A DNA stretch of 64,000 bases from Alphaproteobacteria bacterium (GTDB lineage: Bacteria; Pseudomonadota; Alphaproteobacteria; GCA-2731375). Every line of letters begins with the position of its first letter. Position 1 is the first letter of the stretch. Shown here in pieces: positions 10,301 through 20,867 of this stretch. The DNA lies in assembly GCA_965232515.1 (NCBI GenBank), contig CBDDPY010000002.1, positions 6,400,001-6,464,000 on the forward strand. The letters are read 5' to 3'. The notes under the pieces are model-generated. The model was not told the DNA's origin. It was given only the letters and a program-made list of their open reading frames with translations, and did not search any database. A program made the position numbers and the translations under genes.

Positions 10301-10967
10301 CGGCACGCTTGCTTTTGACGGCAGCTTCAGCACCGCCGGCACCAGCCAGTGGGATCTGGTGAACGCGTTGAATGGCCAGGCCACGGTGAACGCCGTCAAC
10401 GGGGTGGTGCGCGGGATCGACATGCGCCGCCTGAGCGATCGCCTCGCGAAGCTCAACGAGGTGCCCGATTATCTCGATCTGATCGCGGGCAGCTTCTCCG
10501 GCGGCGAGACGGCCTACTCGGCCATGACCGGCACCTGGCAGATCGAAAATGGCGTCGCCTCGACGCGGGACACGCAGGCCGATCTCGAAGCCGCGAAGGC
10601 GACGCTGAACGGGCGGGCCATGCTGCCGGCCTGGCAGATGGACATGCTGGCTGAGCTGCGGCTTACGGAGCATCCGAAAGCGCCGCCGGTCGGCGTCCGC
10701 TTGTTCGGGCCGCTGGACCAGCCGCAGCGCGATCTGAAAACGCAGCCGCTGGAGGGCTATCTGGCCCAGCGCGTCGGTCAGGAGGTGCTGCGCAAGGCGA
10801 TCGGCAAGGACGCGCCGCCGGCCCTGCAGCAACTGCTTGGCGGGGGATCGCGGCAGCGGCAACAGGCGCCGCAGCAACAGCCGGATCAGCAGGGGCAGCC
10901 GCAACAGCAGCAACCGACACCGGATCAGCTCCTGGATGGATTGCTCAGAGGTCTCCTCAAGCAGTAG
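7371..10967 (+). CDS. AsmA family protein
   Basis: N-terminal TM anchor then PSFINWNQYKPEI...GRDL; repeated beta-rich AsmA segments; Q-rich tail. Confidence 0.9.
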   Translation: MKKFAIGLAVIVVLLVGAVLVVPSFINWNQYKPEIVAAARDAAGRDLVVDGDISLSLLPAPALSVDGVRLANIEGGSAPDMVRLGALQVRVAFGPLLSGQIQVQSVRLVEPVILLEVLPDGRTNWTFGQTEAAGTSSANDGGADGAPPLSLDAFVISDGVLVYRDQAAGVEERIEGLNVEGAARSLNGPFNAAGDMTIRGLPTTFDVRVGALEPARPVSVSATLGLADTSATANVNGTLTEPTADGRFSGNLKLSADSAAELAKLATSAGGGPSQMLAQPLSLTGRVDASVAGVALNDILLRLGDLQGGGAVSATFGPEPAFDAALSVNRIDLDTLLAVNGGDGDAGTGAAAPAEDDAQAPAYPTIPANLRGSLSLAVDGVAFNGGVIRQFQANAAVADGRLTLSRLSALLPGSSDVSVSGALTTAGGAPQFDGKLETASSNLRGLANWLRLDLSRVSADRLGSLTFTGNIRATPDLLQLYGVNLRLDATTVTGGLAYRIQDRPSFGLELSVDRFNLDGYLVSAPPEKATAEPAATATNATESAAPLAALDSFDTNFKLNIGQLTYNKTRIQGVDVDMRLIGGVLTVNSATVKNLAGASLGMSATGANFSDKAAFKANLSMASNDLSGLARLTQIELPVPAQRLGRADLTARLDGNVDELKFDVKSNLAGGAVTLVGGLSQLMTTPAFDLTLDASHASLAGLSQTLDLGVVPAQGADGKVTVGGTVRGDLDAVNVNLLASAAGADLQAGGRITQLAETPTLALTVNAGHKDLVAFLNGLGIRYDPALTNLGGFGLSASLNGTPANVQVPDLKAFAGPAVLEGTLAWRSDGPRPFVEANLNANEIIVDLFLPPDRPVAATRGAAPAGQGGGAVAAGNQRWSQEPIDLAALGMVDADIDLAARGLVFRQYPFVEPRLKLALKDGRLDISQLTGQLFRGTVDLTARLDSRPGPALALDVRLDGADIQEAMRTAVGLDQVTGTLAFDGSFSTAGTSQWDLVNALNGQATVNAVNGVVRGIDMRRLSDRLAKLNEVPDYLDLIAGSFSGGETAYSAMTGTWQIENGVASTRDTQADLEAAKATLNGRAMLPAWQMDMLAELRLTEHPKAPPVGVRLFGPLDQPQRDLKTQPLEGYLAQRVGQEVLRKAIGKDAPPALQQLLGGGSRQRQQAPQQQPDQQGQPQQQQPTPDQLLDGLLRGLLKQ

Positions 10968-11187
10968 GCGGCCGCAGACAGCGCAGCACATAGACCCGGA
11001 GCGCGCTCGACAGGTTGCCGGCGCGATCCCGGTCGACCTCTTCGATCAATGCGCCCAGGCTGCGTCCTTCGCTGGCGGCGATCTGTTTCAGGGCGTCCCA
11101 GAACGCCTGCTCCATCGATACGCTGGTGCGGTGTCCGGCGATTACGACCGAGCGTTTGCGGACCAGGCTGGCATCTGCGTCAGTCAC
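10957..11187 (-). CDS. Ribbon-helix-helix domain protein
   Basis: [20 protein letters not shown]...[11 protein letters not shown]. Confidence 0.9.
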   Translation of the reverse strand: MTDADASLVRKRSVVIAGHRTSVSMEQAFWDALKQIAASEGRSLGALIEEVDRDRAGNLSSALRVYVLRCLRPPTA

Positions 11188-12587
11188 GCGCCGGGCCTGG
11201 TCATGTGCGCCGGACGGATCCAGCGGTCGAAATCGCTTGCCGACACGAGATCCAGCTCCATTGCGGCCTGACGCAGGGTCAGGCCGTTCGAATGCGCATG
11301 CTTGGCGATCTTTGCAGCATTGTCATAGCCGATATGGGCGTTCAACGCGGTCACCAGCATCAGTGAATTCTCCATCAGTTCGGCGATGCGCGCTTCGTTT
11401 GGTTGGATGCCGATGATGCAATTGTCGGTGAAGCTGACGGTGGCCTCGGCCAGCAGCCGGATGGACTGCAGCAGATTGTAGATCATCACCGGCTTGAAGA
11501 CATTGAGCTCCAGATGGCCGTTCGCGCCCGCGACCGTGATCGCCATGTGGTTGCCGATCACCTGGGCGCAGACCATGGTCATGGCCTCGCACTGGGTCGG
11601 GTTCACCTTGCCGGGCATGATCGACGAGCCCGGCTCGTTCTCGGGCAGCAGCAGCTCGCCCAGACCCGACCGCGGCCCCGATCCGAGCAGCCGGATATCG
11701 TTGGCGATCTTCATCAGCCCGGCCGCCAGCACGTTCAGCGCGCCGGAGGCTTCGATAATCGCGTCGTGCGCCGCCAGCGCCTCGAACTTGTTCGCCGCCG
11801 GCTTGAACGGCAGGCCGGTTATACGGGCGATCTCCTGCGCCACGCGCTTATCGAATCCTATCGGTGTATTCAGACCGGTGCCGACCGCCGTGCCTCCCTG
11901 GGCCAGCCGGTAGAGCCGGGGCAGGCTGTCGTTGACGCGCGCGATGCCAAGGCCGATCTGCGTCGCGTAGCCGGAAAACTCCTGACCGAGCGTCAGCGGC
12001 GTCGCGTCCTGCATATGCGTGCGGCCGATCTTGATGATCCGGCGCCAGTCCTTCGCCTTGTCGTCGAGCGCAGCCTGCAGGTGCGACAACGCCGGCAGCA
12101 GTTGGCCTGTGATCTGCCGCACGGCCGCGACATGCATGGCGGTCGGAAAGGTATCGTTCGATGACTGGCCGCGATTGACATGGTCGTTCGGATGCACCGG
12201 CGACTTCGAGCCGATCTTGCCGCCCAGCAGCTCAATGGCGCGGTTGGCGATCACCTCGTTGGCGTTCATGTTGCTCTGCGTGCCCGATCCGGTCTGCCAG
12301 ACCACCAGCGGAAAGTGCTCGTCGAGCTTGCCGGCTGCGACTTCCTTGGCCGCCCCGACGATGGCGCGGCCCGTTTTCTTGTCGAGCGTGCCCAGCGCCA
12401 TGTTGGCTTCGGCGGCGGCATGCTTGACGATGCCAAGCGCATGCACGACCGGCGCCGGCATGCGCTCACCGCCGATCCTGAAGTTCTGTAGCGATCGCTG
12501 CGTCTGCGCGCCCCAATAGCGCTTGGCCGGTACGTCGATGGGTCCGAAGGAGTCGGTCTCGGTGCGGGTGGTCGCGGATCTCGGCAT
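11184..12587 (-). CDS. fumC: Class II fumarate hydratase
   Basis: [36 protein letters not shown]; start at ATG 12587. Confidence 0.97.
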   Translation of the reverse strand: MPRSATTRTETDSFGPIDVPAKRYWGAQTQRSLQNFRIGGERMPAPVVHALGIVKHAAAEANMALGTLDKKTGRAIVGAAKEVAAGKLDEHFPLVVWQTGSGTQSNMNANEVIANRAIELLGGKIGSKSPVHPNDHVNRGQSSNDTFPTAMHVAAVRQITGQLLPALSHLQAALDDKAKDWRRIIKIGRTHMQDATPLTLGQEFSGYATQIGLGIARVNDSLPRLYRLAQGGTAVGTGLNTPIGFDKRVAQEIARITGLPFKPAANKFEALAAHDAIIEASGALNVLAAGLMKIANDIRLLGSGPRSGLGELLLPENEPGSSIMPGKVNPTQCEAMTMVCAQVIGNHMAITVAGANGHLELNVFKPVMIYNLLQSIRLLAEATVSFTDNCIIGIQPNEARIAELMENSLMLVTALNAHIGYDNAAKIAKHAHSNGLTLRQAAMELDLVSASDFDRWIRPAHMTRPGA

Positions 12588-12651
12588 GGTCGGGTTATCC
12601 TCTGGATCTTGTCTGCGCGCCTGGTCGCCCAGCCTAAAGGGATCCGTCGAT

Positions 12652-13629
12652 ATGAACATCCTGCTCTATGGCCCCGTCGCCCGCCGTGGTGTCGATCTGC
12701 TGCGCGATCATTTCGGCGACCGCATCGGCCTGATCGAGGTCGAAGATGGCGACGGACCGGAGCTGGTGGCCAGGAAGTTCGCGACCGCCGATGTGATCGT
12801 CAGTGTCGGCTACGACAAGAGCCTGCCGCCGGCGCCGAAAGCGCGTTTACTGCAGTTGCCGAATTCCGGTCTCGACGACCTGGATCTCGCCGCCGTACCG
12901 GACGGCTGCATCGTCTGCAACTGCTTCGAGCACGAGATCGGCATCGGCGAGTATGTGATGGCCGGTCTCCTGCATTGGTCGGTCGGCCTTGCCGCGGCCA
13001 ATAACAGGTTCAAGTCGGGCGACTGGTCGGAGAGCCCGAGGCTCTTCGCGGCGTTTCGGCCGGAGCTCGCGGGCAAGACCGTGGCCACCGTGGGTTACGG
13101 CAATATCGGTCGGGCGGTGGCCGTGCGCGCCCGTGCCTTCGGCATGGCGGTACATGCGGTCACTCGGCGGCCACGCGATTTTGAGCCGGCGCCGGACTGG
13201 CTCGGCGGCATCGACCAGCTGGACGAAATGCTGCCGAACGCCGATTTCGTCGTGGTCTGCTGCCCGCTGACCGAGGCCACGACTGGCATCATCGACACCC
13301 GTAGGCTTAGTCTGATGAAACGGTCGGCGGTGCTGATTAACGTCGGCCGTGGGCCGCTGGTCGACGAGGACGCGCTGTTCGCCGCGTGCCGCGATCGCAC
13401 CATCGCCGGCGCCGTGATCGACGTCTGGTACAGCTATGCCACGGTCGGCAACGAGGATGTCCCGCCCTCGCAGCATCCATTCCAGACCCTGGACAACGTC
13501 GTGATGACGCCGCACTTGTCGGGCTGGACCGAAGGCCTGATGCCCCGCCGCTTCGCCGTCATCATCGACAATATCGAGCGCCTGGCGGACGGGCGGCCGC
13601 TTCGCCATCAGGTTCATCCGGCTACTTGA
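12652..13629 (+). CDS. D-2-hydroxyacid dehydrogenase
   Basis: GYGNIG, INVGRG, TPHLSG motifs. Confidence 0.9.
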   Translation: MNILLYGPVARRGVDLLRDHFGDRIGLIEVEDGDGPELVARKFATADVIVSVGYDKSLPPAPKARLLQLPNSGLDDLDLAAVPDGCIVCNCFEHEIGIGEYVMAGLLHWSVGLAAANNRFKSGDWSESPRLFAAFRPELAGKTVATVGYGNIGRAVAVRARAFGMAVHAVTRRPRDFEPAPDWLGGIDQLDEMLPNADFVVVCCPLTEATTGIIDTRRLSLMKRSAVLINVGRGPLVDEDALFAACRDRTIAGAVIDVWYSYATVGNEDVPPSQHPFQTLDNVVMTPHLSGWTEGLMPRRFAVIIDNIERLADGRPLRHQVHPAT

Positions 13630-13713
13630 CCGCGCCGGGATGACAAGCCCGGCCTTGCGCCCTACATGTCGATAGCGATACTGAACAATCGGATCGAGGG
13701 AAGAGGCAGTCCG

Positions 13714-13974
13714 ATGCCGCTGTTGCGAAGCCTGCTGTTGCGCGCCGCCAAGGAGATCGCCACCAACCCCGAGTTGCGGGCGAGGGCGGTCGAGGTGATC
13801 GATCGCGAGGTCAAGCCGCGCGCGCAGGCGGCCTGGACGCGGACGAAGCCCACGCTCGACGCTGCAAAGGCGGAGTTGCAGGACATCGCCGCCGAAACCG
13901 ATCCCCGCGACGATCCCGCCGGTTTTGCCCGCAAGGTGAAAGAGCGCTTCGTCGACGGCAAGAAACGCCACTGA
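13714..13974 (+). CDS. Small hypothetical helical protein
   Basis: GAGG RBS upstream, host-like codon usage. Confidence 0.6.
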   Translation: MPLLRSLLLRAAKEIATNPELRARAVEVIDREVKPRAQAAWTRTKPTLDAAKAELQDIAAETDPRDDPAGFARKVKERFVDGKKRH

Positions 13975-14006
13975 CGCCGCACCGTTTCGGTCAAGGAGTT
14001 AACCAT

Positions 14007-14600
14007 ATGGACGCGCTCACCTGCCTGACCTCGCGCCAGTCGATGCCGCCGCGCCTGCTGTCCGAGCCGGTGCCGGATGCGGCAGATCTGGACGAGATCT
14101 TCCGGTCGGCGATGAGCGCGCCGGACCATGGCGCCGTCAGGCCATGGCGGTTCCTGATCATCCAGGGCGATGCCCGGCAGCGGCTTGGTGATGTTTTCGC
14201 TGACGCCATGGCGCGACGCGAACCCGATGCAGACGCCGAGGCCTTGGAGAAGGCGCGCGCGAAGCCGCTCAGGGCGCCCATGCTGATCGCGGTCCTGGCC
14301 GAGATCGTCGAGGATCACCCGAAGGCGCCGGTCGTCGAGCAGGTTCTGGCCGCCGGCGCGGCCTCGCAAAACATGCTGAACGCTATCCACGCCAAGGGCT
14401 ATGGCGGCATCCTGCTGTCGGGCGCCAACTGTTACGACGACCACGTCAAGGCGGCGCTCGGCCTGGCGCCGAAAGACGCGATCATCGGCTTCATCTATGT
14501 CGGCACGCCCAGCGGCGAGGGACCGGTGAAGCAACGCCCTGACCCGGCGCCGTTCGTGCGCGACTGGCTTGGCCCCGACGTGCAGGCCGCCGCCGAATAG
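14007..14600 (+). CDS. Nitroreductase (YdjA-like)
   Basis: SAPDHGAVRPWRF, GFIYVGT; AAGGAG RBS. Confidence 0.9.
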   Translation: MDALTCLTSRQSMPPRLLSEPVPDAADLDEIFRSAMSAPDHGAVRPWRFLIIQGDARQRLGDVFADAMARREPDADAEALEKARAKPLRAPMLIAVLAEIVEDHPKAPVVEQVLAAGAASQNMLNAIHAKGYGGILLSGANCYDDHVKAALGLAPKDAIIGFIYVGTPSGEGPVKQRPDPAPFVRDWLGPDVQAAAE

Positions 14601-14609
14601 ATACGCGGC

Positions 14610-15038
14610 ATGCCGGGCGATGACAGGCGCGCCGGCTTCCGCGGCAACGGTCAGATCCGCGTTGCCCATTCCGGCCGACGCGTCGTCGTCCGCTTCCTCG
14701 ATCTCACCACCAGCGCCGGCGCGCTGAAGCGGCGCGCCGGCGACTATTTTCGCAAGCACGAACGCAACCTGCGCCCGCGCTACGGTCCCTTCGCCGTGCG
14801 CGTCTGGGTCGAACGCGCCGGCAACCGCGGCGGCTTCGATGTCGACAACGTCGCCAAGGCCTGTCTCGATGTGCTGACCGGCATTATCTGGCACGACGAC
14901 CGCCAGGTCGCCCACCTGACCGTCGACAAGATCGCCGCCGACAGCAACGCCATCACCCTGCTTGCCGAACCGCAGGCCGGCCGGGATGGTGATCGCGCCG
15001 CCCTCGATCTGGCCGATCTGCTGAAGGACGTGGGTTAA
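14610..15038 (+). CDS. RusA family Holliday junction resolvase-like protein
   Basis: DVDNVAKACLDVLTGIIWHDDRQV matches the RusA catalytic DxDNxxK...DD motif. Confidence 0.8.
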   Translation: MPGDDRRAGFRGNGQIRVAHSGRRVVVRFLDLTTSAGALKRRAGDYFRKHERNLRPRYGPFAVRVWVERAGNRGGFDVDNVAKACLDVLTGIIWHDDRQVAHLTVDKIAADSNAITLLAEPQAGRDGDRAALDLADLLKDVG

Positions 15039-15051
15039 CGCTCGACGGTGA

Positions 15052-15561
15052 CTAACCGATCGGCCGTTCCAGCATGGCGACGCGTTTACTGCCGCCGGCG
15101 CTGGCGCGGCTTTCGATCTTTCGGAATCCGTGCTTTTCGTGAAATCGCATAGAACCGGGATTCGGCGGTTCCTCGTTCACCTCGCAGGTGACGCGGGACA
15201 CGGCGAGGCGCGTGGCGATGTTGGCGATGTCGTCGTAGAGCGCGGCGCCGAGGCCGCTGCCGCGCGCCGTCTCGCTCACCATGACCCGGTCCACGTAGAG
15301 AAAGTCGTCGAACCGGTCGCAGAACCAGCGGTAATTGTCGCTGCCATAAGATGTGGCCGGGCGGAAGGCGATCAACGCACCGGACGGCGCTTGGCCGATC
15401 CGGGCGATACGCGCCACGGCCGCTTCCGCCAACAGGGCATCGAGCGCCGCCATATCCAGGCTGCTTACCGCCGGCAGACAGGCTTGATTGAGCGCTAGCA
15501 GCCATGCGCGGTCGGCCTCAGCGACATCGGTAATATCAATCGTGCCATTCCCGGTCATCAA
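15052..15561 (-). CDS. GNAT family N-acetyltransferase
   Basis: YVDRVMV..ARGSGLG acetyl-CoA motif, NPGSMRFHEKHGF. Confidence 0.9.
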   Translation of the reverse strand: MMTGNGTIDITDVAEADRAWLLALNQACLPAVSSLDMAALDALLAEAAVARIARIGQAPSGALIAFRPATSYGSDNYRWFCDRFDDFLYVDRVMVSETARGSGLGAALYDDIANIATRLAVSRVTCEVNEEPPNPGSMRFHEKHGFRKIESRASAGGSKRVAMLERPIG

Positions 15562-15579
15562 GCTCCTCCACGCGCGTGG

Positions 15580-15608
15580 TTGATCGACGTTCGCCGATAG
15601 CCTATATC
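15580..15608 (+). promoter_or_regulatory. Putative promoter for the yjhX leader
   Basis: TTGATC-N17-TATATC. Confidence 0.5.
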
Positions 15609-15632
15609 AGCGGCGTCTGAACCGGAGTGTTT

Positions 15633-15659
15633 ATGTCCATCACCTCTGAGGCCCGATAG
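15633..15659 (+). CDS. Putative leader peptide MSITSEAR (toiL-like uORF)
   Basis: GGAG RBS upstream; its 3' half pairs with the yjhX RBS region. Confidence 0.65.
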   Translation: MSITSEAR

Positions 15660-15741
15660 ACCCTGCCCACGTCGGCAGGGTGACAATCGGTTGAAGTCCC
15701 GGCGCGGGCCGCGTCGGGACCGTTCTATCGTGTTCTCAGAG
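15644..15741 (+). promoter_or_regulatory. Structured 5' leader sequestering the yjhX ribosome-binding region
   Basis: CTCTGAG/CTCAGAG and CGATAGA/TCTATCG long-range stems enclose hairpins ACCCTGCC/GGCAGGGT and GTCCCG/CGGGAC. Confidence 0.7.
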
Positions 15742-15748
15742 TTTTCCC

Positions 15749-16006
15749 ATGAACGTGTCGAAACGGGAGCAGCGCGTCCTGCACGCGCTGGCCCAGGGCG
15801 GTGCTGTCCTGCTTGAGCGGGACGGCGACCGCCGCATCATCGAAGTGTCGTGCGTCACGCGCGACGGCTGGAGCCTGGTCGACGTCGATGTCGGACTGTT
15901 CAAGCGCCTGAAGGGGCGGCGTCTGATTGCCTCGCGGAACGGCGGGCCCTACCGGATCACCCGGCTAGGGCTCGGCGTGGTGCGGGCGCAGTTGGACAAT
16001 CGCTGA
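15749..16006 (+). CDS. yjhX: YjhX/TopAI family toxin (UPF0386)
   Basis: [18 protein letters not shown]...CVTRDGW...[16 protein letters not shown]...QLDNR, 85 aa. Confidence 0.9.
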   Translation: MNVSKREQRVLHALAQGGAVLLERDGDRRIIEVSCVTRDGWSLVDVDVGLFKRLKGRRLIASRNGGPYRITRLGLGVVRAQLDNR

Positions 16007-16904
16007 CCGCGTCCGCCAAACGCCGTCCGCTACGGCAATACTCGTCGATCCAGGGCGTGCGATAGCCGTCTTCCCCCGCCGTGATGGGGAAGAAGCTCTC
16101 GCTCAGCTCTGGATCGCTGGTTAGCTGATAGCGCCGGTAGATATAGCCGCCGGGCCGGTCGCTGAACCGTGCTTCGAGCGGCAGCAGATGGATGCCGATC
16201 GAACGCCGCATCCGGTCCGTCGTCCGGTTCGGCCCGGAGCCGTGCCACATCTCGCCGGCATGGAACACGGCCGAGCCCGCCGGCACCTCGATGAAGATCG
16301 AGTCTGCCGGCTCGATGCCGGCGGCCTTGGCTGAGGCGACCATGTTGGCGCGATAGTCGTCGGGCGAATGAAAGGTCTCGGGGATCTTGGTCAGCGGCCA
16401 GCGGTGCGAGCCCGGCACGTATTCGAGCGTGCCGGCGTCGCGATGCGTGTCGTCCAGCGTCACCCAGCAAGTCACCGTCTTCTGCGGATCCAAAAAGTCC
16501 AGGAATGACGTATCCTGGTGCAACGTGATCGGCTTGGTGCCGGGCGGCTTCCACCACAGCGTATCCTGGCCGAGGCGGGCGCCGGACCAGCCGGCGATCT
16601 CAGCCGCCGTGCGGGCGACGGCCTCCGACAGCACCAGGCGCGCCACGTCCAGATTGGACTTCCAGGCGTTCGCCATGTGGCGGGTGACGTCCGGCAAGCT
16701 CATGCCCGTGCGCCAGTACCATTCGTCGGGATAGACCCCGGTGTCGAAATCGCCGTCGAACAGCCGGGGAAAGGCGGCGCGCAGCTTTTCGACATCAGCT
16801 GCGTCGAGCACGTTCGGCACCACGAGAAAGCCGTCGCGGCGGAAGGTTTCGATCTGGTCATCGGTCAATTCGATGGCCGGTTTCTCCAGCATTAGACGCC
16901 CCAT
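15957..16904 (-). CDS. Phytanoyl-CoA dioxygenase family (Fe/2OG) protein
   Basis: FRRDGFL, HQD, VPGSH, WHGSGPN. Confidence 0.9.
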   Translation of the reverse strand: MGRLMLEKPAIELTDDQIETFRRDGFLVVPNVLDAADVEKLRAAFPRLFDGDFDTGVYPDEWYWRTGMSLPDVTRHMANAWKSNLDVARLVLSEAVARTAAEIAGWSGARLGQDTLWWKPPGTKPITLHQDTSFLDFLDPQKTVTCWVTLDDTHRDAGTLEYVPGSHRWPLTKIPETFHSPDDYRANMVASAKAAGIEPADSIFIEVPAGSAVFHAGEMWHGSGPNRTTDRMRRSIGIHLLPLEARFSDRPGGYIYRRYQLTSDPELSESFFPITAGEDGYRTPWIDEYCRSGRRLADAVSDCPTAPAPRRALAG

Positions 16905-16975
16905 ATTCGTTCTATTCAGAATTCGATCAAATTAGTATCGTTGAAAGTCGAAATCGAACGAATTAACTTCGGCAC

Positions 16976-17464
16976 ATGGCTGAATTCGGAGACCTCGACC
17001 GAACGGATCTCGCCCTACTGCGTTGCCTGCAGAAGGATGCTCGGATCTCCAACAAGGAACTGGCTGCGGCCGTCGGCCTGGCACCATCCAGTTGCCACGA
17101 GCGGCTGAAGCGCCTGAAGGCGACCGGCGTGCTGAAGGGCGCGCACGCCGAAATCGATTTTTCGGCGCTGGGCTTTCAGCTCGAGGCCCTGTTGTTCCTG
17201 GCGCTCGCCAAGCACACCCGCGACGTGGTCGACGATTTCCTGCGCGAGGTGGTGAAGATCCCCGAGGTCCGTTCAGCGTTTCTCGTCACCGGCCGGCACG
17301 ACATCGTGGTGCACGTCGTCGTCCGCGACATGCGTCACTTGAAGGACCTGGCCCTCGACCAATTCACCAACCGCCCCGGCGTTACCCAGATCGAAACCTC
17401 GGTCGTCTACGACACCGCCCACCGCCACGACTTGGTGATCGACGAGGCTGCAATCAGCAGCTAA
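16976..17464 (+). CDS. Lrp/AsnC family transcriptional regulator
   Basis: LDRTDLALLRCLQKDARISNKELA HTH; divergent from the dioxygenase gene. Confidence 0.93.
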   Translation: MAEFGDLDRTDLALLRCLQKDARISNKELAAAVGLAPSSCHERLKRLKATGVLKGAHAEIDFSALGFQLEALLFLALAKHTRDVVDDFLREVVKIPEVRSAFLVTGRHDIVVHVVVRDMRHLKDLALDQFTNRPGVTQIETSVVYDTAHRHDLVIDEAAISS

Positions 17465-18102
17465 GCCGGCTTCGCGTTGGGATAGTCCGGTTGTTCGGAT
17501 GGATGCGCGCGTTTGAAGGCATCCAGTTCGACGCAGCGGGCATTGATGGCCTTCAGAAGTGGGTAGGGCGCGAGATCACACTCGAACCGACGAGCGTTGC
17601 GCATCTGTGGGACAAGATGCAGATCGGCCCAGCCCGGCGTCTCACCGAAGCAGAACGGCCAGTCCGTTGTCCGGCGGCGCAACATCTCCTCCAGAGCCGT
17701 GAACGCTTCAACGATCCAGTGTTCGTACCACTTCTGCAGATCCGGCGCTGACAGATGCAATTCGTCGGTTAGATATCGCCGGACCCGGTTGACGTTGATC
17801 GGATGCAGATCGCAAGCGATAAGCTGTCCAAACGACCGCGCCTCCGCCCGCGTTACCGGCTCCGCCGGCAGAAGCGGCGGATCGGGATAGGTCTCTTCGA
17901 GATACTCCAGTATCGCTGTCGACTGGGCTACGACACGGCCACCGATCTCGACCGCCGGCATCAGGCGTTGCGGATTGATCGCCCGATAGCCGTCATCGCC
18001 AAGCGTTGGAACCGAAACGTACTCGTAGTCGATGCCTTTGAGGCATAGCGCGATTCGAACTCGCTCACCGGCAGAATTGCGGTGATAGGTGAACAGCTTC
18101 AT
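17461..18102 (-). CDS. maiA: Maleylacetoacetate isomerase (GST zeta class)
   Basis: RNSAGERVRIAL, QSTAILEYLEE, IACDLHP, HPSEQPD; true start ATG 18102. Confidence 0.88.
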   Translation of the reverse strand: MKLFTYHRNSAGERVRIALCLKGIDYEYVSVPTLGDDGYRAINPQRLMPAVEIGGRVVAQSTAILEYLEETYPDPPLLPAEPVTRAEARSFGQLIACDLHPINVNRVRRYLTDELHLSAPDLQKWYEHWIVEAFTALEEMLRRRTTDWPFCFGETPGWADLHLVPQMRNARRFECDLAPYPLLKAINARCVELDAFKRAHPSEQPDYPNAKPA

Positions 18103-18131
18103 CGGCACCGCCTCATCGGGACGGCGCCGTC

Positions 18132-19742
<1,611 letters not shown>

Positions 19743-19787
19743 GGCAGTAGCCTCCCCTGCGCGGCGCTGCGAAAATCGAGACCGAGA

Positions 19788-20312
19788 TTATTTCTTACGG
19801 AACTGGTCCAGCGCCACCACTTTGCTGCCGTCCTCGGCCGTATCTTCGGCATCCGGCTTGTCGGCAGCGTCGTCGGCCGGCGTTTCCGGGCTGGCCACCG
19901 GCAGGCCGGGTTGCGGCACCACCGCCGGCGGTTTCGCGACACTGCCTTCCGCGCCGGCGGCCGGCTGGAACTGCAGTCCGAACTGAACCGAGGGGTCGAA
20001 AAAGCCGGTTAGCGCCCGGAACGGCACGCGCAGCCGTTCATGCACCTTGTTGAAGCTGAGCGTGATCTCGAAGACGTCGTCCTCGACCTCCAGGCCCCAG
20101 AACTGGTGCTGAATGACGATCGTCATCTCGTCGGGGTACTTGGCCCGCAGATGGTCGGCCAGGACGACATCCGGATCTTCGGTCTGGAACGACAGATAGA
20201 AATGATGCGCGCCGGGCAGGCCGTCGTCGCGCGCGCGCTCCAGCGCCTGGCGTACGACATTCCGAAGCGCGGTCTCGACCATCCGGTTGTAGTCCATCAG
20301 GTCCTTCGGCAT
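19788..20312 (-). CDS. sspB: SspB family ClpXP adaptor (alphaproteobacterial)
   Basis: LPGAHHFYLSF, YPDEMTIVIQHQF, C-terminal VVALDQFRKK; immediately downstream of ssrA. Confidence 0.92.
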   Translation of the reverse strand: MPKDLMDYNRMVETALRNVVRQALERARDDGLPGAHHFYLSFQTEDPDVVLADHLRAKYPDEMTIVIQHQFWGLEVEDDVFEITLSFNKVHERLRVPFRALTGFFDPSVQFGLQFQPAAGAEGSVAKPPAVVPQPGLPVASPETPADDAADKPDAEDTAEDGSKVVALDQFRKK

Positions 20313-20360
20313 TCCGCACTCCATCCCCTGCCAGCCGCGTGTCCACACGCGGGTAGAACT

Positions 20361-20697
20361 AAGTGGGGGGCTTCTGTTGCCCGGTGCCCCCCGAAACCGC
20401 GCTTACCTGTCTAATTAGGCAGCGAGCGCCATTTCGTTATCATTGGCACTTGTAGAAACGGCCCGATAACGGCGGAACCATGCCGGGCACAAACCGTACC
20501 TTTATTACGCGCGTCGATCCTGTTTCGCCCCCATCAGCAACGCACTCGTCAACGCCCTGTTAACCCTGTCTGCAGGAACTCCTGCGGGTGCTGCGATTCG
20601 GGCGAATGCGCTGATGGTGGAGGCGCCGGGTACCGCCCCCGGGTCCGCTACGTCTATTCCGTACGGCGTTTAGCGCCATAGCCGGATATCTCCGGCA
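20361..20697 (-). ncRNA. ssrA: Two-piece (circularly permuted) tmRNA
   Basis: On the minus strand the acceptor piece ends ...GGCGCCTCCACCA at 20615. An intervening segment covers 20614-20533 and the coding piece starts GGGGGCGAAACAGGATCGAC at 20532. The tag ANDNEMALAA* is at 20447-20415. Outer ends are approximate. Confidence 0.95.
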
Positions 20698-20867
20698 CCC
20701 TAAATATAGGCGTTTTCAAGCCAAATCGGAAGGGGCAGGGGCGGCGCGCAATGGCGGCCTTCGGGGGCGGTTGGCAGGCCGGCGATCGAAGGAGTAGGTT
20801 GCCGAAAGCCGTCCAGCCCGGTCGCTCGATGCCGGCACGGTGGCGGAATGGCTCGCCGGAGTAGCAC

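Noticed and set aside
8688-10991. Long antisense and alternate-frame ORFs (also 26917-29190, 35389-36963, 44220-45986, 50998-52971)
   Set aside because: Shadow ORFs of well-supported genes in high-GC DNA, with no recognisable motifs.
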